A DNA stretch of 64,000 nucleotides from Bdellovibrionota bacterium (GCA_964202055.1 CAXNGS010000005.1:14978-78977); one strand, 5' to 3'; shown: positions 38,290-48,872, numbered from the stretch's first letter. Notes: generated from the sequence alone by a model not told the origin. Program-made: numbers and translations.

Positions 38290-39025
38290 TTTAATCGCGC
38301 TGCTAGCTATGAATTTTGTAATCATTCTCATCTCCATTTACTTTGGAATTTTCGTGTATCGAACACGCGAATGGGATGAAGAAACCAAGCGACGCCCGCG
38401 CAGCTTTATCAGCAACGCTTTCTTTCGTGAATTTTGGTATTTTTTGATTGGCCCAATGAAGCGTCAGCTCATTCGTTGGAACGTAAGACCCAACACAATC
38501 ACGATCATCGGTTTTTTCTTTTCGCTCTTTGCTGGTTTTTCTTTTGCGGTCGGGGAATTCGGACTCGGCGGATGGCTTGTGATCTTTTCTGGAACTTGCG
38601 ATGTTTACGACGGGATGCTCGCTCGCCAACAAAACGTGTGCCGAAAAAGCGGCGCCTTTTTAGATTCTGCGCTCGATCGAGTGGGCGAGGTCGCGATCTT
38701 TTATGGACTGGCACGTTATCTGCGCGCTGATGATTTTTGGTTTGCCATTATTTTCCTGGCCTTCGCCTCATCGCAAGTTGTGAGTTATTCGCGGGCCCGC
38801 GCCGAGGGTTTAGGCTTCAAAGGACAGCAAGGGTTTTTTCAACGTGCCGAGCGCATGATCATCTTGTCGATTTTTTTACCCTTCGCTCCCGCCGTTGAGC
38901 ATTACTGGCAACTTGGCGACCCGCTGGTGAAAATTGTTGTAACCATTATTTCGATGGGATCTTTCTTAACCGCCGTTAGCAGAACCTTTGGAATTTTTCG
39001 AGAGATTCGCGCCACCGAAACTTAG
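38279..39025 (+). CDS. CDP-alcohol phosphatidyltransferase family protein
   Basis: The motif DVYDGMLARQQNVCRKSGAFLDSALDRVGE fits D-x2-DG-x2-AR...G-x3-D-x3-D. The protein is multi-TM. Confidence 0.8.
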   Translation: MPISLIALLAMNFVIILISIYFGIFVYRTREWDEETKRRPRSFISNAFFREFWYFLIGPMKRQLIRWNVRPNTITIIGFFFSLFAGFSFAVGEFGLGGWLVIFSGTCDVYDGMLARQQNVCRKSGAFLDSALDRVGEVAIFYGLARYLRADDFWFAIIFLAFASSQVVSYSRARAEGLGFKGQQGFFQRAERMIILSIFLPFAPAVEHYWQLGDPLVKIVVTIISMGSFLTAVSRTFGIFREIRATET

Positions 39026-39068
39026 TTAACTATCGCTGCAACCTTGCAAAGCCTCGCTGAAAATTTAG

Positions 39069-40175
39069 CTATTCGTAAATGATGTCGCCTTCGTCGTAAA
39101 GAGGCTCGCGCGGTTTTTCTTGGTCGTTTTTATCCTTGCCCTCTTCGGCCTCGAAGCGATCACCATCCAGGTTTTTTCTGATGTCCACTTCTTGGAAAGT
39201 TTTGGGCCGCCCGGTTTTAGTTTTGGCCCACCGATAACCCAATCCAAAATAAAACCCCATAAAGTTAGCAGCTTCTTTTCCGCTCAAACTCATTTCAAAA
39301 TCAAAGTGAAAAGAAATTTTTGGCGACAGCCATAAAGCCAAACTCGGATTAAAAATTAGCTGCCGCGCATGGGGGCTTAATGCAAAATCCGAACCACCAA
39401 ATGCGTCTTGAATCACCTGGCTTTCAGAAAAATCACCGCCGCTGCCCATGGGAAGAGTGCCCTTCACTCGCAAATCCAAATCCATTTTAGGAGTCACAAA
39501 GGCCACTGAACCTTGATAGATGAATTCGGAAGCGTAACCTTGAGTTCGAAAATTCATTCCGCCATCGAATCGCAAGCGAATCACTTCCGATGGCCAATGT
39601 TCGCCGGTTAATAAAAGCGCGCCGTCTAACTGGCCATCGCCCAGCAAGGCGACGTTGTTGGGGTCATCTGTTTCCGCCAGTTCTGCGGCGGTGAGTGTTT
39701 TATAAGGCGCAAACTTTGCAACGGTTGCAATTCCGAATGACGAACCAGGCTCGTCGTAAAATCGAAATTCCGCAAAAACTCGCTGATCTCCCAAGCCGGA
39801 TTTACTTGCGCCATCCAATCCCGGGCCGGCGTTAAGCTTCATTTGATCAAAGTTGATTTGAGCACCAAATCCAAAAAGCCTGTTGGGCTGATATTCCACT
39901 AGAAACTGATGACTCATTCGTCGAATGGTTTTTTGGTCAGCCAAAACATCAGTGGAAAATGAATCCACAAAGTTTGACCCTGAATTATGAAAAGCAAATT
40001 TATAGTTGGCATGAAAACTTTGGTCGGTTGGAAAATTATGGGTTGGAAAAAAAGGGCCGAACTGAGAGGCGGAAGCAGGACTATAAAGCGCAAAGCATCC
40101 GATTCCGAAAATAATTTTCGCTGCATTCCAAGACGATTTTCTTTTTCCGCGATTTTTCGCCATTGAGAATTTCAA
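39069..40175 (-). CDS. Secreted/outer-membrane hypothetical protein
   Basis: It has a signal peptide. Its 5' end overlaps the upstream DUF167 gene by about 95 nt, so the start may be later. Confidence 0.5.
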   Translation of the reverse strand: MKFSMAKNRGKRKSSWNAAKIIFGIGCFALYSPASASQFGPFFPTHNFPTDQSFHANYKFAFHNSGSNFVDSFSTDVLADQKTIRRMSHQFLVEYQPNRLFGFGAQINFDQMKLNAGPGLDGASKSGLGDQRVFAEFRFYDEPGSSFGIATVAKFAPYKTLTAAELAETDDPNNVALLGDGQLDGALLLTGEHWPSEVIRLRFDGGMNFRTQGYASEFIYQGSVAFVTPKMDLDLRVKGTLPMGSGGDFSESQVIQDAFGGSDFALSPHARQLIFNPSLALWLSPKISFHFDFEMSLSGKEAANFMGFYFGLGYRWAKTKTGRPKTFQEVDIRKNLDGDRFEAEEGKDKNDQEKPREPLYDEGDIIYE

Positions 40176-40377
40176 CCCCCGACTTTTTAATTTCCAAAAG
40201 TCCTGCCAGAAATTCTATCAACTTTTTATTGGCCGCGCCATCAACCGGGGGTGACTGAATCTTGATCTTTAATGCGCCCGCAACAACTCCGACAATTTCG
40301 GATTTTTTAGCCCCTGGCTGGATATGAACCTCAATGACAATGCTTCCGGGGCGCTTGGCAAAAGGAGCCACTCGCAA
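40081..40377 (-). CDS. DUF167 (YggU-like) protein
   Basis: VHIQPGAKKSEIVGVVAGALKIKIQSPPVDGAANKKLIEFLAGLL fits the DUF167 pattern. Confidence 0.6.
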   Translation of the reverse strand: MRVAPFAKRPGSIVIEVHIQPGAKKSEIVGVVAGALKIKIQSPPVDGAANKKLIEFLAGLLEIKKSGVEILNGEKSRKKKIVLECSENYFRNRMLCAL

Positions 40378-40385
40378 TTCTTTTG

Positions 40386-41765
40386 TCAGACGACTTCCCC
40401 AACCAAGTCCATTCCCGCCAATTCAGTGACGCGAACTTTTACAATTTGACCAACCTTAGCCTGGCCTTTGTTGATAAAAGTCGCGTTGTCGATTTCGGGA
40501 GCCTGCCCGTAGTGGCGGCCTTTCAATAACAATTCGGTTTCGGGATGCGGGCCTTCCACTAAAACATCCAACGTTTTTCCAATCCAAGACTCCATTTTTT
40601 CGCGAACCACGGTGTTTTGAATGTCGTAAAGCAAGGCTTGTCGTCGTTCTTTTTCTTCTTGAGAAATGTCATCCTCATAAAGCTTTGCGGAATTCGTGCC
40701 TTCCTCTGAAGAGTAAGTAAAAACTCCGACCTGATCCAGATAGCCCTTTTGAACAAAGTCACAAAGTTTTTGAAATTGCTCTTGGGTTTCGCCGGGAAAT
40801 CCCACCATCAAGGAAGTTCGCAAAACGATCCCGGGAACTTCTTCCTTAAGGCGAATCAACATATCTTCAATTTGCTTGCCCGAAGTTTTTCGATTCATGC
40901 GCTTTAAAACATCATCGTCGATGTGTTGAACTGGCACGTCTAAATAATTACAGATTTTTTTCTCGGACTTCATCATCGCGATCACGCCGTCAGACAACTG
41001 GTCGGGATAAACGTAAAACAATCGAATCCAATCGAGACCTTTAACCGAAACCAAATTTTCTAATAATTTTTCGAGTGTCGCGCCGTCTTTTCGGTCGCGA
41101 CCATAATCGGTCAAATCTTGGGCAATTAAATTAAGTTCTTTGACTCCACCGGCAACTAAATCTTTTGCTTCTTTGGTCAAGCTTTCGACGCTGCGAGATC
41201 GCAGAGGTCCGCGCAGCGCGGGGATGATGCAAAAACTACAGCGCTTGGCGCATCCTTCAGCTAGCTTCAAGTAAGCTGTATAGAAAGGCTGAGTGTTCAC
41301 TCGTGGCAAGTCGTAATCCTTGATGCGTTCGAAGTCGACACGCACTGCTTGCTTGCCTTTTCCAGAACCTTGAATTTTTGAGAGTTCATCGGCAATGACA
41401 TTGAACCCAGCCGTTCCCAAAACTAGATCTACCTCTGGTAAGGAATCCTTAATTTCGCCAGGGTAGCGCTCGGCCATACATCCGGCGACCACCAGGTTTT
41501 TACATTTTCCTTTTTTCGGATTCTTATATTCAGAAGCTTCTAAAATCGTATCAACCGATTCTTGCTTGGCCGACATGATAAAACCACAGGTGTTTACAAC
41601 AATGACGTCAGCCTCAGACGGGTCGGGAGTGATCGCATATCCACGGTCGCGCATCAAGCCCAGCATCACCTCGGAATCGACCAAGTTTCGCGCACAGCCC
41701 AACGAAATCATATGCACATTTTTCAAATCTTTATCTAGCACTTCAGTGGCCACGGTTTTTTTCAT
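40386..41765 (-). CDS. rimO: Ribosomal protein S12 methylthiotransferase RimO (radical SAM MTTase)
   Basis: The MTTase N-terminus reads ISLGCARNLVDSEVM, the radical SAM cluster reads CAKRCSFCIIP, and a C-terminal TRAM domain is present. Confidence 0.8.
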   Translation of the reverse strand: MKKTVATEVLDKDLKNVHMISLGCARNLVDSEVMLGLMRDRGYAITPDPSEADVIVVNTCGFIMSAKQESVDTILEASEYKNPKKGKCKNLVVAGCMAERYPGEIKDSLPEVDLVLGTAGFNVIADELSKIQGSGKGKQAVRVDFERIKDYDLPRVNTQPFYTAYLKLAEGCAKRCSFCIIPALRGPLRSRSVESLTKEAKDLVAGGVKELNLIAQDLTDYGRDRKDGATLEKLLENLVSVKGLDWIRLFYVYPDQLSDGVIAMMKSEKKICNYLDVPVQHIDDDVLKRMNRKTSGKQIEDMLIRLKEEVPGIVLRTSLMVGFPGETQEQFQKLCDFVQKGYLDQVGVFTYSSEEGTNSAKLYEDDISQEEKERRQALLYDIQNTVVREKMESWIGKTLDVLVEGPHPETELLLKGRHYGQAPEIDNATFINKGQAKVGQIVKVRVTELAGMDLVGEVV

Positions 41766-42476
41766 TTATTTCTCCAGAATTTTCGAGCCGCGCGGAATTT
41801 CGGGTTTAAAGGATTGAGCGGTGAGCTTGGCATCCAAAGTAACCTTAGTCAGAGTCACGGTTGTGGTGTTGCCGATCGCATCTTCGAGCACAATTTTTTG
41901 CGGTGGGATTTTGCTTTGAGAAAAATGTAGCTGGACCGAAGACACTTCCGAACTTTTCTTTGGTTCTAGGGTGAGAATAATTTCTGAGGGGTCAACTTTT
42001 GCCGAAACTTTGTATTCAGCCAAAAACTTTTTTTCTTTATTAGCATCGCTCACATCAAATCCTTTTAGAAAGATCAAGTAGCGCGACAATTCGATGCTGC
42101 TTAGATTTGCAAAATGATATCCTTCAGCGGGTTTTTTTCGGCCCAAAGGATATTTTAAGTGCCATGCTTGGCGACCATCGCTCACGAATTGCGAAGTTTC
42201 CGTTCCACCAGTGACTTGAAAATTGATCAAAGCCGGGTCGGCAAAACTAAAAGTTCCCGTTTGAAAAGTTCCGCGGCCAAGTCCCGCAGAAAAAGTCTCT
42301 TGAGAAAAATCAGCCTGCCAGTTTTTCATTTTTCGGTATCGCTCAGAAACCGATTTCATCGCCAACCGAGCTTCGGCAGAAAGCTGATCACTACCTTTGG
42401 CTGATTCCGCAGATTGAACGGCCATCGGCATCAATGCCAAAATCGCAGAAATTAGAACGGGTAAAAGCACAAACAT
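41766..42476 (-). CDS. Outer-membrane lipoprotein carrier LolA-like
   Basis: ADFSQETFSAGLGRGTFQTGTFSFADPALINFQ...VSDGRQAWHLKYPL parallels LolA, and its position after ftsK is the conserved order. The start is placed at MFVLLPVL (signal peptide); the ORF extends to 42572. Confidence 0.65.
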   Translation of the reverse strand: MFVLLPVLISAILALMPMAVQSAESAKGSDQLSAEARLAMKSVSERYRKMKNWQADFSQETFSAGLGRGTFQTGTFSFADPALINFQVTGGTETSQFVSDGRQAWHLKYPLGRKKPAEGYHFANLSSIELSRYLIFLKGFDVSDANKEKKFLAEYKVSAKVDPSEIILTLEPKKSSEVSSVQLHFSQSKIPPQKIVLEDAIGNTTTVTLTKVTLDAKLTAQSFKPEIPRGSKILEK

Positions 42477-42608
42477 GAGGCGGCGCAGTATGCCGAAAAT
42501 GCCATGGCGACTCAATGAAGATCGACGTTCAACCATCGCGACCAGGTCAGAAGGCCAAAAGGAAGAGCCCAAAGGAAGAGCGCAGAGGAATAGCCCAGAG
42601 CCATTCCC

Positions 42609-44975
42609 CTATAAAATCACATCGCGCGCTTTACCGGCGGCGGCTTGGTCGCCCACGATTCCCCGTGCCTCAAGTTGGTCCATGATTCGAGCGGCTCGGG
42701 TGTAGCCAATTTGAAATCTTCGCTGGATCAAAGAGGTCGAAACCTTGCCCTTTTCCTTTGCGAATTCAAGCACATCCTGGAACAAAGCATCTAAATCATC
42801 ACCACTAAAGTCCATCGAATTGGCGTCGTCATCGGGCGCTAAGATTTCTTCCAAATACTCGGGTTCACCTTGAGCGCGCCAAAAGTTACAAATGCGCTCT
42901 AATTCCTCGTCGCTCACGTAACAGCCTTGCATCCGGCGTAACCCCATAGGGCCAGTGCTGGTGAAGAACATGTCGCCCTTACCCAAAAGCTGCTCGGCTC
43001 CCGAACAATCCATAATGATGCGGCTGTCGCTGGCGGAAGCCACTCGAAGTGAAGCGCGGCTAGGGCAGTTGGATTTAATCAAGCCCGTGACCACATCGGC
43101 CGACGGTCGCTGAGTTGCCATGATTAAGTGAATGCCGGCGGCACGGGCCAATTGTGAAAGCCTGACGATCGATTGCTCAACGTCTTTTTTCGCGGTCAAC
43201 ATCAACTCGGCCAACTCATCGATCACGATCAAAATAAAGGGAAGCTTGGCACCCGGATCAGTTTCAACGATTTTTTTATTATAGGCTTCCAAGTTCTTCG
43301 CGCTGATTTTTTGCATTTCGACATATCGTCGTTTGGTTTCAGCAACCGCCCACTTCAAAGCTTGGCTTGCATCGCTAGGGTCGTTAACAATCGGCAACAT
43401 TAAGTGGGGAAGGTCTTCAAAAATTTTAAACTCCACTAATTTAGGATCCACTACAATCAGCCGCAGTTCTTTGGGACTAAAACGCATCAGCAAACCCGTT
43501 AACAGAGAATTTACTAAAACGCTTTTTCCCATGTTGGTCGCGCCGCCAATTAACAAGTGGGGCATTCTTGATAAGTCTTCAACCACCGGAGTGCCTTCGC
43601 CGTCTTTGCCCATCACGAGAGGAAGCTTCATGGCTTTGGCTTTTTCCAAAGTTTTTTCGTAAACATCACGCAAGACAATTTCCTCTTTTACCGAATTGGG
43701 CACTTCAATTCCGGCAACGCTTTTTCCGGGAATCGGCGCCACAATGCGCACACTCGGAACTCCCAACGTCATGGCCAAATCAGTCGAAGCTGAAATCAGT
43801 TTTGAAACTCGCACACCTGGTGCGGGTTGAAATTCATACATGGTGATGACCGGACCTGGAGAAATTTCCACAACCTCGCCCTGAATATCAAAACTTTCGA
43901 GGGCTCCTCGAATTTTTTCGGCGGTTTCATAAAGCTGTTGCTCGGTCGGTCCTTTGATTTTTGCTTTTGGTCCTTCAAGCATTCCTAAAGGAGGCAAAGT
44001 CCACGCCGAAGGCTCTCGACGAGTGGTGTTTTCGGATCGAGTCTTGCGCTCACGAGCGCGAGTCGTGGTTTCGGCTTCACCCTCACCTTTTCGAATGGCG
44101 GGATTTTTCGATAGAGCGCCGGCTTCAATCAATTCGTGCCCCGCTTCCTCGGAATCTTTCTCTTCGATGCTTTCTGTTTTCGCCAAAGTCTCTGTGCTTT
44201 CAGCCGCTTCATTCATTACATTCAGAGATCGCTGCAATTTTGCTTTGGCTTTTTCCAAAAGTCCGGTGACCGGCGCCAAGAGCTTTTCCACTCGGTTTTC
44301 GGAGCTTGTAACACTAGCAAGAGAGTCTCCGGCAATGGCCGGAGCCCGATCTTTAGTGGTTATTTTTTGAATCAAAGACTTCCCTAAATTGATCCCGTTA
44401 ATCAAAAGAAATTTAGTCGCCGCGCGAAGCCCGTCGAAAATAATGATCGGAAGCTCTTCCCACCACAACAAACAAAATACCCAAACCATAAGTGCTGACA
44501 AAATTAGGGAACCCGCCTGACCCAAGAAGGGGACCGCAACTTGAGCCAGCACCATGCCAAAAAGACCAGCATGGGGAAAATGATGCTGCTGCGATGGCTC
44601 AACTAAAATGCTAAGTGCCAAAGTCGCAGCTGAAAGCAAAATCGCCAATGCCAATGCGTCCCGGCGGCTAGCCGGACGTTGGTCGCGGTCTTCGGTATTC
44701 ATCCATTTGATGACCGAGGCGCCCAATAAAAAGGGAATCAGCCATGCTGAATAACCCAAGGCCTGAAACAATAGGTCCGAAGTCCAGGAACCAAAATATC
44801 CCAATACGTTTTTGGGATCCTTCCAAGTCGACGACAGGGTATTGAGACTTGGGTCTTCGGCGTTGTAACTTCCAAGGGCAAGAACCACTCCCAAGCCACT
44901 GAATGCCATTAAGGTGGCTAAATGACTTCCGCTTCTGCGATCGGATTTCTTAGCTTTTCGAACAAGGCTCGGCAT
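42609..44975 (-). CDS. ftsK: DNA translocase FtsK/SpoIIIE
   Basis: N-terminal TM helices are followed by Walker A LLIGGATNMGKS and the motor domain, with the winged-helix gamma domain at the C-terminus (GYTRAARIMDQLEARGIV). Confidence 0.9.
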   Translation of the reverse strand: MPSLVRKAKKSDRRSGSHLATLMAFSGLGVVLALGSYNAEDPSLNTLSSTWKDPKNVLGYFGSWTSDLLFQALGYSAWLIPFLLGASVIKWMNTEDRDQRPASRRDALALAILLSAATLALSILVEPSQQHHFPHAGLFGMVLAQVAVPFLGQAGSLILSALMVWVFCLLWWEELPIIIFDGLRAATKFLLINGINLGKSLIQKITTKDRAPAIAGDSLASVTSSENRVEKLLAPVTGLLEKAKAKLQRSLNVMNEAAESTETLAKTESIEEKDSEEAGHELIEAGALSKNPAIRKGEGEAETTTRARERKTRSENTTRREPSAWTLPPLGMLEGPKAKIKGPTEQQLYETAEKIRGALESFDIQGEVVEISPGPVITMYEFQPAPGVRVSKLISASTDLAMTLGVPSVRIVAPIPGKSVAGIEVPNSVKEEIVLRDVYEKTLEKAKAMKLPLVMGKDGEGTPVVEDLSRMPHLLIGGATNMGKSVLVNSLLTGLLMRFSPKELRLIVVDPKLVEFKIFEDLPHLMLPIVNDPSDASQALKWAVAETKRRYVEMQKISAKNLEAYNKKIVETDPGAKLPFILIVIDELAELMLTAKKDVEQSIVRLSQLARAAGIHLIMATQRPSADVVTGLIKSNCPSRASLRVASASDSRIIMDCSGAEQLLGKGDMFFTSTGPMGLRRMQGCYVSDEELERICNFWRAQGEPEYLEEILAPDDDANSMDFSGDDLDALFQDVLEFAKEKGKVSTSLIQRRFQIGYTRAARIMDQLEARGIVGDQAAAGKARDVIL

Positions 44976-45191
44976 GAAAATTTCCCTCTAATTTTAATAT
45001 GTCACGCCGAGTTCTGAATCACCAGAGGCAGAGTATTGACAGGGCGAGCCAAACTGCCTAAGTTATTTGACATTCATCGCAGCGATTATCCGGCTCAACA
45101 TTCCGTCATCTGAATCATTCCCACTGAATCGTTCAAAGATCGAAAATACCGAGTCAAAACAAATCAGCTGCTAGAGGATTAAGCCAAAATT

Positions 45192-46847
45192 ATGACGAAT
45201 TCCGATCAACGACCACCCAACAAGAACGATCGACGACCCCGCAACAACCGTGGAAGACACAACGGCGGAGGAGGCGGCGGTCGCCAACAAAACAGACCCC
45301 GAAGCGGCATCAACGAATCAAGCGATGCGAACTCCTCAACCATCTCCATCGAAGAACAAAATCAAGAACACCGTCGCCAATCACAACACGACGCTGAAAC
45401 TTCCGACAACAACCAAAACACCAACCAAAACGCATCCGCCGACAACGACGGCTCCAATCAAAATGCGTCTGGTCAAAATGGATCCAATCAAAATGGTGCA
45501 AACGGCCAAACCCGCGAAGCCCCTCCAAACGTAGACATCGACGCCAAGGCCGACGCCCCCGAGGAGCGCAAACGCTTAACCTCGCCGATCGTGCCGAAAC
45601 TTCGCATCGATGAATTGAAGCGAATGAACATCGCAGAGCTCGTTTCATTGGCAGAAAAATATTATGTCGACGGAGCCTCTGGTCTTCGTCGCCAGGATTT
45701 AATTTTTGCGCTTCTCCAAGCCCACGCGGCAGCCAACGGTGAAATTTATGCGGAAGGCGTTTTAGAAACTCTGCCCGATGGTTTCGGATTCTTGCGTTCC
45801 GTTGATTACAACTACCTAGCCAGTGCCGACGATATCTACGTAAACCCAAGCCAAATTCGAAAAAACTTACTTCGAAGCGGTGACTCGATTTCTGGTCCGG
45901 TTCGCCCGCCCAATCACGGCGAACGTTATTTTGCGCTCTTAAAACCCGACACCGTTAACAGCGAAGATCCTTCGGTTGCTAAGCACAAAATTCTTTTTGA
46001 AAACTTAACTCCGCTTTATCCCAACGAGCGCTTTAATTTAGAATACGATCCGACCAATTTAACGACTCGGATCATTGATCTTTTCGCGCCCATCGGAAAA
46101 GGCCAACGAGCCCTGATCGTCGCTCCGCCTAAAACCGGAAAAACGGTCATGCTTCAAGACATCGCCAACGCGATCACCACGAATCATCCTGAAGCAAAAC
46201 TCATTGTTTTGTTGATCGACGAACGTCCCGAAGAAGTGACCGACATGAAGAGATCGGTAAAAGGCGAAGTCGTCTTCTCGACTTTCGACGAACCAGCACA
46301 ACGTCACGTTCAGGTTGCTGAAATGGTCATCAACAAAGCCAAGCGCTTAGTGGAACACAAGCACGACGTTGTTATCCTCTTGGACTCGATCACTCGTCTT
46401 GGTCGCGCTTACAACTCGGTGGTTCCGCCTTCTGGAAAAATTCTTTCTGGTGGCGTGGATTCCAACGCGCTTCAACGTCCGAAACGATTCTTCGGCGCCG
46501 CTCGAAACATTGAAAACGGCGGAAGCTTAACGATCATCGCCACCGCATTGATCGATACTGGCAGCCGAATGGATGAAGTCATTTTTGAAGAATTCAAAGG
46601 CACTGGTAACCAAGAAATTGTCTTGGATCGCAAGCTTATGGAAAAACGAATTTTTCCCTGTATGGACGTCAACAAATCGGGAACTCGCAAAGAAGATTTG
46701 CTAATCCCCACCGACGTTTTGCAACGCATTTGGATTTTGCGAAAAATTTTGGCGCCTATGAGCCCCATCGATTCTTTGGAATTCATGGCTGAAAAACTCA
46801 AGCGCACCAAGACCAACAAAGAATTCATCGACAACATGAACAGCTAA
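45192..46847 (+). CDS. rho: Transcription termination factor Rho with about 130-aa N/Q/G-rich N-terminal insertion
   Basis: The Rho N-terminal and cold-shock-like domain reads [15 protein letters not shown], with Walker [18 protein letters not shown] and the C-terminal ATPase. The insertion includes [10 protein letters not shown], an N/Q-rich stretch, and a GSNQN repeat. Confidence 0.95.
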   Translation: MTNSDQRPPNKNDRRPRNNRGRHNGGGGGGRQQNRPRSGINESSDANSSTISIEEQNQEHRRQSQHDAETSDNNQNTNQNASADNDGSNQNASGQNGSNQNGANGQTREAPPNVDIDAKADAPEERKRLTSPIVPKLRIDELKRMNIAELVSLAEKYYVDGASGLRRQDLIFALLQAHAAANGEIYAEGVLETLPDGFGFLRSVDYNYLASADDIYVNPSQIRKNLLRSGDSISGPVRPPNHGERYFALLKPDTVNSEDPSVAKHKILFENLTPLYPNERFNLEYDPTNLTTRIIDLFAPIGKGQRALIVAPPKTGKTVMLQDIANAITTNHPEAKLIVLLIDERPEEVTDMKRSVKGEVVFSTFDEPAQRHVQVAEMVINKAKRLVEHKHDVVILLDSITRLGRAYNSVVPPSGKILSGGVDSNALQRPKRFFGAARNIENGGSLTIIATALIDTGSRMDEVIFEEFKGTGNQEIVLDRKLMEKRIFPCMDVNKSGTRKEDLLIPTDVLQRIWILRKILAPMSPIDSLEFMAEKLKRTKTNKEFIDNMNS

Positions 46848-46875
46848 TTCGAAAGACATCTAAAGGACAATCAAG

Positions 46876-48003
46876 ATGGCTTACGAAGTTCCCAAGGAAA
46901 TGGTTTATCGTCTCGAAGAATCAAAGAAGCGCTTTGATTATTTGAGCGAGCAATTGAGCCAACCCGAAGTCATTTCCAATCGCGAACTTTTTTTAAAAAC
47001 CTCGAAAGAACGCTCACAACTTGAAGGACTGGTCGAAAGTTTCACGACTTTTTCGAAAATTTTAGCCGACTATCAGGGCGCGCGTGAAATGTTGCAGAGT
47101 GAAAAGGATCCGGAAATTCGCAGCATCGCATCGCAAGAAGTTGCCGAACTCGAGCCAGCATTAAAGGCCATCGAAGATAAATTGCAGTTTGATCTTTTGC
47201 CCAAAGACCCCAACGACGACAAAAACATCATCTTGGAATTGCGCGCGGGCGTAGGCGGCGATGAGGCTGGAATTTTTGCCGGGGACTTAGCCCGGATGTA
47301 CACCAAATACGCCGAAGCTCGTCGCTGGAAAGTTGAAACCATCAGCGTTGCGGAAAATTCTTCCGGTGGTTTTCGCGAAGTGATTTTAGCGATCGAAGGC
47401 CAGGGCGCTTATTCGCGATTCAAATACGAAACCGGCGCTCACCGCGTGCAACGGGTTCCAAAAACTGAAGCGCAAGGCCGCGTTCACACCAGCACCGCAA
47501 CCGTTGCGGTTTTGCCCGAAGCCGAAGAAGTCGACATCGACATCAAACCCCATGAACTGCGCATCGACGTTTTCCGCGCCGGTGGCCACGGCGGCCAATC
47601 AGTCAACACCACAGATTCTGCGGTTCGAATCACCCACTTGCCGACCAACACGGTCGTGGTCTGCCAAGACGAAAAGTCCCAGCTAAAAAATAAAAACAAA
47701 GCCATGAAAGTTTTGCGCAGTCGTATTTACGAAAAGGTTTTGAGCGAAAGAAACACCGCGATCGCCGCCGACCGCAAACAACAAGTCGGAACCGGGATGC
47801 GTAACGAGCGCATCCGCACTTATAATTTTCCACAAGGCCGAGTCACCGATCACCGGATCGGAAAAACGACTTACAACATCGCTCAAGTGATTCAGGGCGA
47901 GCTCGACGAATTCATTGACGCGATTTCAAATCACTACCAAACCATCGCATTGCGTGGGGAATCCGCGGTCCAAACTGTCATCGACAATGATGATGACGAA
48001 TAA
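46876..48003 (+). CDS. prfA: Peptide chain release factor 1
   Basis: The GGQ motif reads RAGGHGGQSVNTTDSAVRITHLPT, and prmC lies directly downstream. Confidence 0.9.
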   Translation: MAYEVPKEMVYRLEESKKRFDYLSEQLSQPEVISNRELFLKTSKERSQLEGLVESFTTFSKILADYQGAREMLQSEKDPEIRSIASQEVAELEPALKAIEDKLQFDLLPKDPNDDKNIILELRAGVGGDEAGIFAGDLARMYTKYAEARRWKVETISVAENSSGGFREVILAIEGQGAYSRFKYETGAHRVQRVPKTEAQGRVHTSTATVAVLPEAEEVDIDIKPHELRIDVFRAGGHGGQSVNTTDSAVRITHLPTNTVVVCQDEKSQLKNKNKAMKVLRSRIYEKVLSERNTAIAADRKQQVGTGMRNERIRTYNFPQGRVTDHRIGKTTYNIAQVIQGELDEFIDAISNHYQTIALRGESAVQTVIDNDDDE

Positions 48004-48005
48004 AT

Positions 48006-48872
48006 ATGGATAAAGAATTTTTATTTAAATTTCTTCATCAAGAACTTCAAAAAATTAAATCAGAACACGAAACTCAATGGATTTTAGATTGGGTTTTTAT
48101 TCAAAAAGCCACAGACCCCGAAAGCCTCATTAAGCAAGTCATCGCTCGCCGCCAAAAAAACGAACCGCTGGCCTACATTTTTGGAAGCTGGGCATTTCGC
48201 GATTTGGAATTAGCAGTGGGCCCTGGCGTTTTAATTCCCCGCCCGGAAACCGAAGAACTGGTTGATTTAGTCTTAGCCTTTACCCGTGAGCTGGTTCAAA
48301 AAACACCTCACAATGAAAAGCCAATCTGCTGGGCAGACCTGGGTTCGGGCAGTGGCGCGATCGGAATCGCGATCGCCAATGAATTAAAAATATCTGAACA
48401 ATCCAACGAAGCTTGGCTGGTAGAAGCTTCTGCTGATGCTCTGGCTTATTTGCAAAAAAATCACCTGAGTTATTTTTTAAAAGCAGATCTCGGACCCCAA
48501 GTTTATGCGGGGACATGGACCCAATGGGCAGCAAGCATCGAGCCCTCCTCGATTGATTTTTTAGTCTCAAACCCGCCCTACATTTCTGCCAATGATTGGC
48601 AGAGTCTCGACTCCGGAGTCCGAGACTTTGAACCTGCCTCCGCGCTGGTCCCCAGAATCCAAAACCCCGACCCATTGGCTTTAGGCTGCTACTTAGAAAT
48701 TTTGGAAATCGCCATCAAAGTGCTGCGCCCTGGCGGTGCGCTGTTTTTTGAAATGGGCACTCAGGCCGAAGAGACTCTTAAATTGATCCAAAAAAACCCG
48801 GCATTAAATAATTCTCAGATTCACTTTGATCTCTCGGGAAAAAAGCGATTTATTTCTCTGCGAAAGGCTTGA
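48006..48872 (+). CDS. prmC: Release-factor glutamine N5-methyltransferase PrmC/HemK
   Basis: The NPPY motif reads VSNPPYI and the SAM motif reads DLGSGSGAIG. Confidence 0.9.
   Translation: MDKEFLFKFLHQELQKIKSEHETQWILDWVFIQKATDPESLIKQVIARRQKNEPLAYIFGSWAFRDLELAVGPGVLIPRPETEELVDLVLAFTRELVQKTPHNEKPICWADLGSGSGAIGIAIANELKISEQSNEAWLVEASADALAYLQKNHLSYFLKADLGPQVYAGTWTQWAASIEPSSIDFLVSNPPYISANDWQSLDSGVRDFEPASALVPRIQNPDPLALGCYLEILEIAIKVLRPGGALFFEMGTQAEETLKLIQKNPALNNSQIHFDLSGKKRFISLRKA

Noticed and set aside
45420-45540. Short tandem DNA repeats (tccaatcaaaatg) considered as a CRISPR or minisatellite locus
   Set aside because: They lie inside the rho coding frame and encode the GSNQN peptide repeat. 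There is no repeat-spacer periodicity and there are no cas genes.
45310-45849. 179-aa minus-strand ORF across the rho N-terminal repeat region
   Set aside because: It is antisense to rho, and its Arg/Cys/Trp-rich composition is the usual antisense signature.
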